From: Rickettsia endosymbiont of Bradysia coprophila
GTDB lineage: Bacteria; Pseudomonadota; Alphaproteobacteria; Rickettsiales; Rickettsiaceae
Direction of reading: 5' to 3'
Assembly: GCA_019468145.1 (NCBI GenBank)
Contig: JAHXDM010000002.1
Coordinates: 262,757-294,756, forward strand
DNA: 32,000 nucleotides
In this document: positions 20,237 to 27,640 of the stretch, in pieces
How the letters are laid out: each line of letters begins with the position of its first letter
Numbering within the stretch: the stretch's first letter is position 1
Program-made: the position numbers and the translations under genes
Notes under the pieces: model-generated
Database searches by the model: none
What the model was told of the DNA's origin: nothing
Seen by the model: the letters and a program-made list of their open reading frames with translations, nothing else

Positions 20237-22048
20237 ATGGTTTTCCCCCAAGATGATGCAAAGAATAATGATCCACCAAAGGTAAAGGAAAGCAAAAAAA
20301 CGATCTCTCAACAATTTCAAAGTAGGTTTTTGAAGGCCATCGGAGGGTCTTCATTACCTATTCAAGATGAGGTAAATAATGTTACCACTAAACTGGATGA
20401 TCTAGCTTCTTTATTAAAAAATGGAGATACCGCTGAGAAAAAACAGTTACTACTAATGCTTAACGCAAGTAGACAGTTATTAGGGGAGAGATCTTATACC
20501 AACTTACCCAAGATGCCACAGGAGTATGCCATTTCATTATCACCGAATAATAGTTCAATTTCTGAGAAGTGCAAAGAATTGTGGGAAGCTATTGGAGCAT
20601 GGGTAAAAAGTGGCTACAAAAGAACTGCCAAAGCAGAAGTAGATAAATTAATCCAGGAGACGGAAAATGCAATAAAGAATCAGCCTCAGGAAGAGAAAGA
20701 AAAAACTTTTAATGTTCCTGATAGGGATAGCAAGTTAACTACAAAACCTAGCGTAGAAACTAAATTAAGATCTAGTTCCGATCCTACTCCTTTGGTAGAG
20801 AATAACCGTGCTGGAAGAGTAGGAAAAACCTCCGGAGTAGCTGATCTTTCTTCTAAAGTGGGAGATCATATTTTAGGTGTTAATAAAAATATGGAAGATG
20901 GCGGGGGAGCACCAGAAAACACAGCTGCTACGCGCATTATCCCTAATAAAATCAAAGAACAAAGCCGGGAAATAGGAAATACTATACAAAACTTGCTACC
21001 AGAAAGAAAATCTCGTGCTAATTCTCTGCCAAGCTCCCCTACCATTACTGGGGAGGCAAATTTTACAGGATGGCAGAATAATAAAAATGATAAAGTATCT
21101 TTTAATTCGACAAATATATCAGATCAGGGACATCCACAAAGAGAGGAAGAAGGCGTACCAGTTATTATTGCAGCTCCGCAAGATTTTTCTTCTCAACTGG
21201 TAGTCAATAAAGCTCCTAATATTAGTGGCGTAGTTCCGCCTCCGCCGCCGCCTACTTCACAAGAAAAGGGTCCCCAGGAAAAAGGTCAAGAACCACTCCC
21301 ACAAACAGAAAGACCTATAGGACAAGAGCAACCTTCAACAGTTCTTTCACCGAAAGAGCAACATAAAGATATGCTTGCTGAATTGACCAAGGTGCTTCGG
21401 AAAAGGAATCAGCTATCAGCTGACGATGATCAGCAAGAAAATAATAAGGAGGAAACACCGCTCAGTAGAGAGTTGAAGGAGATTAAAAAGAAAAAAAGAG
21501 AAGAGGAAGAGAAGGAAGCTCAATTGGCTGAAAAAGAGAAAAGTAGAAAGGAGCCGGAATCAGAAGAAACAGCTAGAGAGGAAGCAGAGAGAGAACAGCA
21601 AGAAGTTCTAAAAAAACTGCAATTCGTAGCGATACCAGCTCCTGTAGGAGGTGGACCTCCACCACCGCCTATTCCTCCGGGAGGGATTCCCCAATTGAAA
21701 TTTGTTCGTGCTCCTGCTCTTGCTCCTGTGGCTACTACATCTTCGGAAGAGAATCAGCCAGATGGAGCAGTAGTTCCAGCTCTCAAAAAGAGACTAGGAG
21801 CATCAGGGCCTCTTCTTATTTCGCCGGATGCTTTGAGGAAGGTTAAACTTAAGCCGACTCGTGCTAAGGCTTTTGAAGTAGAAAAGAAGTCTGAGATCCC
21901 GGGTCCAAATATGCTTAAAAGAAGGGAAATAGATTCCTCTCAGGCCAAACCAGATTCTCCTGGAAAGTTCACGAACCAGAATTATGGTAAGCTCGAATCC
22001 AATAACTTGAAGAAAATATCTCCCCCAAGTAGAAATTTTGAACGGTGA
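20237..22048 (+). CDS. Proline-rich, low-complexity hypothetical protein; possible host-interaction or actin-modulating protein
   Basis: Open frame of about 600 aa (track starts at TTG 20225; ATG 20237 gives MVFPQDDAKNN). Two polyproline segments (GVVPPPPPPTS; PVGGGPPPPPIPPGG), long charged helix KEIKKKKREEEEKEAQLAEKEKSRKEPE. Confidence 0.75.
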   Translation: MVFPQDDAKNNDPPKVKESKKTISQQFQSRFLKAIGGSSLPIQDEVNNVTTKLDDLASLLKNGDTAEKKQLLLMLNASRQLLGERSYTNLPKMPQEYAISLSPNNSSISEKCKELWEAIGAWVKSGYKRTAKAEVDKLIQETENAIKNQPQEEKEKTFNVPDRDSKLTTKPSVETKLRSSSDPTPLVENNRAGRVGKTSGVADLSSKVGDHILGVNKNMEDGGGAPENTAATRIIPNKIKEQSREIGNTIQNLLPERKSRANSLPSSPTITGEANFTGWQNNKNDKVSFNSTNISDQGHPQREEEGVPVIIAAPQDFSSQLVVNKAPNISGVVPPPPPPTSQEKGPQEKGQEPLPQTERPIGQEQPSTVLSPKEQHKDMLAELTKVLRKRNQLSADDDQQENNKEETPLSRELKEIKKKKREEEEKEAQLAEKEKSRKEPESEETAREEAEREQQEVLKKLQFVAIPAPVGGGPPPPPIPPGGIPQLKFVRAPALAPVATTSSEENQPDGAVVPALKKRLGASGPLLISPDALRKVKLKPTRAKAFEVEKKSEIPGPNMLKRREIDSSQAKPDSPGKFTNQNYGKLESNNLKKISPPSRNFER

Positions 22049-22098
22049 CCGGCTAATAATTGTACCCAATATGGTATGGTAATAGGCTTTTTATGCCT

Positions 22099-22362
22099 TT
22101 AAGACAAAGCCGTTAAGAAAAAGGGCAGTAAATAACTATAGGTTAAATAAGTAGAAGCAAGGCCAAGCAAGGTGCCGATGATTATTACCCGGTATTTAGA
22201 AGGGCTGATTATAATTATAATAGTTATAGTTATAATTATAATCCTTACCCATTCGGCCATAGTATAAGTTTTATAATTAAAGGCTAAAGCATCAAAAACA
22301 CATATTATAAGTATCAATAAAAATATTGTAAAATATTTATAATTCAATAACCCACCAAACAT
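22099..22362 (-). CDS. Small hydrophobic hypothetical membrane protein
   Basis: 87-aa ORF rich in Ile/Leu transmembrane-like segments; no recognised family; contains a perfect inverted repeat coding IIIITITIIIII. Confidence 0.35.
   Translation of the reverse strand: MFGGLLNYKYFTIFLLILIICVFDALAFNYKTYTMAEWVRIIIITITIIIIISPSKYRVIIIGTLLGLASTYLTYSYLLPFFLTALS
22207..22243. repeat. Perfect 14-bp inverted repeat with 9-nt loop
   Basis: GATTATAATTATAA (22207-22220) TAGTTATAG TTATAATTATAATC (22230-22243). Confidence 0.8.
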
Positions 22363-22363
22363 T

Positions 22364-23143
22364 TTAAACCTCTATTGGGCCGGTAGTTAATCCATGAATA
22401 AATTGCTGGAGATAGGGGTTATCACTGTTCTTTACTTCATCTTTTGTACCAAACCATAAGATTTTGCCTTGATAAATCATGGTAACTTCCTTGGCTATCA
22501 TATAAGCGCTATTCATATCATGAGTAATAGTTACCGTAGTAGCTTGTAGTTCTTCTTGAACTTTAATGATTAATTCATTAATAACATTGGCCATTATAGG
22601 ATCCAGGCCGGTAGTCGGCTCATCTAGAAAAAGTATTGAAGGGTTACTACAAATCGCTCGTGCCAGGGACACTCTTTTTTGCATTCCACCAGAAAGCTCA
22701 GACGGGTAGAGTTTTAATATTCGGGGTGATAAGCCGACGGCCTCCAGTTTAGAAGCTGCTAGTTCTTCTTTATCTTTTGCAGATAATTTGTGTAATTTTT
22801 CTGCAAAGAAGACAATATTATCTTGGACAGTAAAAGAATCGAAAAGCGCTCCCCCTTGAAATAAAAACCCGATAGTTTCCATAATTTTAAATCTATCTCG
22901 TACTGAAAGATTAATAGTTTCCATCCCATCAATAATTATACTACCATTGTCAGGTGTGATTAACCCGACTATGGTCTTTATTAAAACCGATTTTCCACTA
23001 CCTGAGCTGCCCAGAATCACAGTGGAACTATTTTCTTTTATATTTAAATCTATTCCAGCTAATACTTGGTGGCTAGCAAAAGATTTAGATAAAGAACGAA
23101 TTTTGATTTTGGTTTTTCCATCACTCATCATAGAACCATGCAC
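22364..23143 (-). CDS. mlaF: MlaF/Ttg2A-like phospholipid ABC transporter ATP-binding protein
   Basis: VILGSSGSGKSVLIKTIVGLITPDNGSIIIDG, LSGGMQKRVSLARAICSNPSILFLDEPTTGLDPIMANVINELI. Confidence 0.92.
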   Translation of the reverse strand: MHGSMMSDGKTKIKIRSLSKSFASHQVLAGIDLNIKENSSTVILGSSGSGKSVLIKTIVGLITPDNGSIIIDGMETINLSVRDRFKIMETIGFLFQGGALFDSFTVQDNIVFFAEKLHKLSAKDKEELAASKLEAVGLSPRILKLYPSELSGGMQKRVSLARAICSNPSILFLDEPTTGLDPIMANVINELIIKVQEELQATTVTITHDMNSAYMIAKEVTMIYQGKILWFGTKDEVKNSDNPYLQQFIHGLTTGPIEV

Positions 23144-23212
23144 TTATTTATTGAAAACACTTGAAATAATATGTTGAATTATAAATAAGTTATATTGAAT
23201 TTATAAGTTAGG

Positions 23213-23986
23213 TTAAAAAAATAAAGCTGTTAATAAGTAGTTGCTACATAAAATTAGCACCGATGAACTGACCACAGCCGAAGTAGTAGCAGTTCCCACT
23301 CCTTTAGCTCCTTTATCGGAATAATAACCACTATAACAGCTAATTATTGAAATAATAAAGCCAAAAACTGCTGCCTTTACTAAACCAGAAATAACATCTA
23401 TTGTTTCGAGAAACTTAAAGCTATTTACCAGATAACTAGCACTATTGAAGTCTAATTTATAGACACCCACTAAATATCCCCCAAGAACTCCCAGTACATC
23501 CCCTATTAATACTAAACAGGGAAGGGTAATTACGGCAGCTATTACCCTTGGAAAAATTAAGTAACGTAACGGATCGGTGGATAAAGTATAAAGCGCATCT
23601 ATTTGCTCTGTTACCCTCATCGTGGCTATCTCAGCGGCAATGGAGGCGCCTACCCTGCCAGCTACCATTAGCCCGGCTAAAACTGGCCCAAGTTCTCTAG
23701 TGATAGAGAGGACCACCACTGTGGCTATCGAGCTTTCTGCGGAAAATCGCGAAAAGCCGGTATAGCTTTGCAACGCCAGTACAGCACCAGAAAAGAAGGT
23801 AGTCATCGCCACTACCGGTAAAGAAAAAAAGCCGATAGAGAGAAACTGCTTAAAAATTAACCCATAATATATAGGGCGCCTGAAAGCACCAGAGAGTACT
23901 AAGAAGGTAAAGATAGAAAAATTCCCTACATTCTTTGCTAAATCTAAGGTGCGCCTGCCCAATAAATTAACTGTATCAACAATCAT
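23213..23986 (-). CDS. mlaE: MlaE-family ABC transporter permease
   Basis: [47 protein letters not shown]; adjacent to mlaF. Confidence 0.93.
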   Translation of the reverse strand: MIVDTVNLLGRRTLDLAKNVGNFSIFTFLVLSGAFRRPIYYGLIFKQFLSIGFFSLPVVAMTTFFSGAVLALQSYTGFSRFSAESSIATVVVLSITRELGPVLAGLMVAGRVGASIAAEIATMRVTEQIDALYTLSTDPLRYLIFPRVIAAVITLPCLVLIGDVLGVLGGYLVGVYKLDFNSASYLVNSFKFLETIDVISGLVKAAVFGFIISIISCYSGYYSDKGAKGVGTATTSAVVSSSVLILCSNYLLTALFF

Positions 23987-25109
23987 TGGTATATACTTTT
24001 TTATATCTATTGCCCATCATAGTTAGTATCTCATAACTAATGGTATTTATTATATTAGCTATTTTATCGGGTGTACAATTATTCCCTATAATCTCTACCT
24101 CTTGCCCTAGAAAAACTTTTTCTGGTGGCAGATCAGTAACATCAATAGTGATTAAATCCATTGAGACCCTCCCAACAATAGGAACTCTGTGAGAGTCAAT
24201 AAATACTTCTCCATAATTACTAAAGCCCCGAGAATAGCCATCAGCATACCCAAGAGGTAAAGTAGCAATTAAACTATTACGTTTCGTTTTAAAGGTCATA
24301 TTGTAACCAATATAATCTTTAGCTGTTAATTCTTGCACCTGAATTATGGGAGCCGTTAACCTAATTGGGTTATGCATTGGGTTTGCTTCTAAACTTCCCA
24401 ATGGATTAATACCATACAAGGCGGCTCCAGTACGTATTAGGTCAAAATGATAATCTTTTCCTAAAAATACACCACTTGAATTAGATAGGCTAGCCTTAAT
24501 TTCAGGAAAAAAGCTTAAATGATATTTAAATCTTGTTAATTGTTCCTGGTTATAAGGATTCTCAACAATTTCTGCCGAAGCTAAATGGCTTATAATATAC
24601 TCTAACTTTAATCCTTCTAATAATTCTGGGCTAGCTATTATATGCTCTATTTCAGAATGGGACATACCTAAACGGTTCATGCCAGTATTAACATGGATAA
24701 CACAAGGTAGCAATTGGCTTTCAGAAAATGTACTTGCTAACAATATTTCTCTATTCGTGAGAGCAAAATTTTGCCACATTTTTAGTTGCGTTATGTTGTT
24801 GAGAACCGGAATTAAGTTGTTCTCCTTAAATTCTTGCATATCATTATAAAATACTCCATTAAATACAAAGATTTTAGACTCACGAGATAATACCTTGCGT
24901 AAGGCAATAGCCTCCTCAATGGTAGTTACAAAAAAATTCTGGCAATTCTCCTTCTGCAAAGCGCTAGCCACAAAATTGGCTCCTAAGCCATAGCTATTAG
25001 CTTTTACTACTGCTGCCACTTCTGAAAATGGACAAAGATTAGCAATAATACGATAATTAGCTCGTATTTTGGCTAGATCTATTTCAAGAATACATTGGGC
25101 AGAACGCAT
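23976..25109 (-). CDS. alr: Alanine racemase
   Basis: [17 protein letters not shown]...[15 protein letters not shown] (PLP lysine), [41 protein letters not shown]. Confidence 0.95.
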   Translation of the reverse strand: MRSAQCILEIDLAKIRANYRIIANLCPFSEVAAVVKANSYGLGANFVASALQKENCQNFFVTTIEEAIALRKVLSRESKIFVFNGVFYNDMQEFKENNLIPVLNNITQLKMWQNFALTNREILLASTFSESQLLPCVIHVNTGMNRLGMSHSEIEHIIASPELLEGLKLEYIISHLASAEIVENPYNQEQLTRFKYHLSFFPEIKASLSNSSGVFLGKDYHFDLIRTGAALYGINPLGSLEANPMHNPIRLTAPIIQVQELTAKDYIGYNMTFKTKRNSLIATLPLGYADGYSRGFSNYGEVFIDSHRVPIVGRVSMDLITIDVTDLPPEKVFLGQEVEIIGNNCTPDKIANIINTISYEILTMMGNRYKKVYTNDC

Positions 25110-25173
25110 AAATATTTACAATTTATTTTACTATAACATAAATTATATACACCACTAATAGCAAATTATTAAT

Positions 25174-26487
25174 TTAGTGATATATTATTTTTTTAGTTGG
25201 AACCATTATCGCGATAATAGAAATAAGCGCAAGGGTTATACTGACCACAAAGAAAATACCTAAAATTAAAGGAGATTGATATTTTTCTAATAAATAAGAA
25301 GCTATAATAGGAATGAAACTTGCTACTGAATAAGCACTGTTATAAATTAAGGCTATAGCAGTATAGCGCATTTTAGTGGCAAATAAACGTGATAATATAG
25401 GCATGTAGCTAGTAAAAAAAAGAGCAATAAATAATTGATATATTATAAAAAATATTTGCAATGCCCAAAAAGTCTCAGCTCCCAGTAAAATAAATGAGAA
25501 AAATAAAAATATGCTGAAAAATATTAAAGAGAATAATAAAATTTTTAGTTTTGAAATATAATCAGCCAACCAGCCAAAAATAATTATAAAGATAAAAGAG
25601 GCTATCATACTAACAGTCATACTACTGTAAATATCAGCTAGCTCATAATTAAAATATTTATTTATATAAATAGGAAAATATAAATTTATAATCACCAAAT
25701 TAGCATGAAAAAATACTAATCCAAAACCTATGGCTATTATAGACAAGTGTTGGGATAGTAATAACTTTAATGGTACTAGTAGATTAGTGGGAGTTTTTTT
25801 ATTGTTGTTAGCTTCTTCTTGTAAAAATTCAGGAGTTTCACTAATATTTTTGCGAATATAGTAAGAAATTATAGCCAATACTCCCCCTATTATAAAAGGT
25901 ACTCGCCATACTCCTTCAATAATTTCTTGATAGCTATAGAGTTTATTTAACATAGCCACCATTGCGGTAGCCATAAGCGCCCCTATACTAGTACTTGAGA
26001 GCATTACGCTACATAATCTACCTAATTTACTAGCTGTAGCATACTCGCTAATAATAGTAGTTGCCCCAGGTAATTCAGCACCTAAAGATATACCTTGACA
26101 TAGACGACATAATAATAGTCCAATAGGTGCAATAATTCCTACCTGATTATAGGTTGGTAACAAACCTATTCCCATTGTTGAAAGTCCCATTACTAGCATA
26201 ACAATAACAAAGGTTTTTTTTCGCCCGTAAGTATCAGCTATCATTCCTATAATAGTTCCTCCAAACGGTCTAATTAAATATCCTATGGCAAAAACTATAA
26301 AAGTTTGAATAATGCTATTTAAGCTATCAGTTGTGGAAAAAAAAATATCTGATAAATATTTAGTCATCATTCCATAGATAACAAAATCATAATATTCGAG
26401 CCCTGACCCTAATGAGGTAAGTAAAGCTACTTTTAAAGGAATATTTTTATTTTTTATGCCCATTGTAATAATGTAATTATTTTCCAT
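25174..26487 (-). CDS. MFS transporter, metabolite:H+ symporter (MHS/ProP-like) family
   Basis: LGSGLEYYDFVIYGMM, FAIGYLIRPFGGTIIGMIADTYGRKKTFVIVMLVMGLSTMGIGLLPTY, GISLGAELPGATTIISEYA. Confidence 0.9.
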   Translation of the reverse strand: MENNYIITMGIKNKNIPLKVALLTSLGSGLEYYDFVIYGMMTKYLSDIFFSTTDSLNSIIQTFIVFAIGYLIRPFGGTIIGMIADTYGRKKTFVIVMLVMGLSTMGIGLLPTYNQVGIIAPIGLLLCRLCQGISLGAELPGATTIISEYATASKLGRLCSVMLSSTSIGALMATAMVAMLNKLYSYQEIIEGVWRVPFIIGGVLAIISYYIRKNISETPEFLQEEANNNKKTPTNLLVPLKLLLSQHLSIIAIGFGLVFFHANLVIINLYFPIYINKYFNYELADIYSSMTVSMIASFIFIIIFGWLADYISKLKILLFSLIFFSIFLFFSFILLGAETFWALQIFFIIYQLFIALFFTSYMPILSRLFATKMRYTAIALIYNSAYSVASFIPIIASYLLEKYQSPLILGIFFVVSITLALISIIAIMVPTKKIIYH

Positions 26488-27366
26488 TCATTTTTTTAAG
26501 GCGTCAACTATAATAGGGATAACAGATATTACCTGAAATTTTGGCGGTAAATCAGTAGTTTTTATAGTATCTGTGATATATATATTGGTTATATTAGAAT
26601 TATTAATATCTTCTTTCGAAGATCCAGAGAGTACTGGATGAGTTATAAAAGCCTCAATAGATAATGCTCCATGTTCTTGTAATAGTTTCGCTCCTTTACA
26701 AAGAGTTTGGCCACTATCAACAATATCATCGATTAATAAGCAATGTTTTCCCTCCACATTCCCGATTATATCAGATATTTGGCATTCATTATTGGTCCCC
26801 CGGCTTTTATTAATAACAGCAATATCCATATTAGCAAAGCTGTCAATAGCTCTAGCGCGGACAAATCCCCCTACATCAGGGGAGACAATAATAGTATTAT
26901 TATAGCTATTAATTATGGAAGTAAATAAATTTATTGGGTTAAGATTTTTTACTGGAACCCTAAAAAATCCTTCTAAGACTGGGGAATGTAAATCTATGGT
27001 AATGAGCTTGGTTATCCCGGCAGTTTCTAATAAATTAGCGATTAGTCGAGCCGAAATAGGAGCAAAAATATATGATCTACGATCTTGACGACTATATCCA
27101 AAATACGGCATCACTGCTGTAATACTTTTAGCACCGGCTCTTTTTACAGTATCAACTAATAGCAACAGTTCTATTAAATGGTTATTAGCTGGCCGGGATG
27201 TCGATTGGATAATAACAACCTCACAGTCATTCATATCCTCCATTATTTGTACTCTTGTTTCACCATCCTCGAAAGTAGTGGTATAAACTTCTACATATTG
27301 ACAATTTAGCTCTTTGGCTAAATATTGTGCTAATTTTTTATGGCTCCCCCCTCCTAGAATTTTCAT
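26488..27366 (-). CDS. prs: Ribose-phosphate pyrophosphokinase (PRPP synthetase), short form
   Basis: FEDGETRVQIMEDMNDCEVVIIQSTSRPANNHLIELLLLVDTVKRAGAKSITAVMPYFGYSRQDRR, CLLIDDIVDSGQTL (PRPP-binding loop); 292 aa. Confidence 0.92.
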   Translation of the reverse strand: MKILGGGSHKKLAQYLAKELNCQYVEVYTTTFEDGETRVQIMEDMNDCEVVIIQSTSRPANNHLIELLLLVDTVKRAGAKSITAVMPYFGYSRQDRRSYIFAPISARLIANLLETAGITKLITIDLHSPVLEGFFRVPVKNLNPINLFTSIINSYNNTIIVSPDVGGFVRARAIDSFANMDIAVINKSRGTNNECQISDIIGNVEGKHCLLIDDIVDSGQTLCKGAKLLQEHGALSIEAFITHPVLSGSSKEDINNSNITNIYITDTIKTTDLPPKFQVISVIPIIVDALKK

Positions 27367-27393
27367 CTATATAACTCACCTGTAATAAAGCAT

Positions 27394-27561
27394 TGGTATA
27401 TGGCTGTGAACTTCAAGATGAGCTGAAGGCAAGTTTAAAGCATAAAGGCGCCTAGAGGGTAGCAAAAAAGTAAGAAGCAATACTTTAGAGCGCTTAACGT
27501 GGTTCCTTTTGGTCTTTATAGCCTGGCGACTTTAGTTCTTGAAGTGAACAGCACTATACCA
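27394..27561. repeat. Imperfect large inverted-repeat structure (possible second palindromic element)
   Basis: TGGTATATGGCTGTGAACTTCAAGA (27394-27418) vs reverse complement of TCTTGAAGTGAACAGCACTATACCA (27537-27561): 21/25 matches. Confidence 0.6.
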
Positions 27562-27599
27562 TAAGAATGATTTGATGTAAATACAGGCTTTGTAAACCT

Positions 27600-27626
27600 C
27601 TACCCAGCCAATCGTAGGCTGGGTAG
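27600..27626. terminator. Strong hairpin at the 3' end of the 681-aa gene
   Basis: CTACCCAGCC (27600-27609) AATCGTA GGCTGGGTAG (27617-27626), perfect 10-bp GC-rich stem; no clear T-run. Confidence 0.55.
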
Positions 27627-27640
27627 GTAGTTATAGACTT

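Noticed and set aside
20237-22048. Direct annotation as RickA
   Set aside because: Polyproline tracts alone are not diagnostic; no clear WH2 consensus or acidic C-terminal Arp2/3-binding tail is visible, so no gene symbol is assigned.
22364-27366. Defence island or integrated mobile element
   Set aside because: All genes here have housekeeping or transport identities (mlaF, mlaE, alr, MFS, prs); no integrase, transposase, toxin-antitoxin or nuclease genes were recognised.
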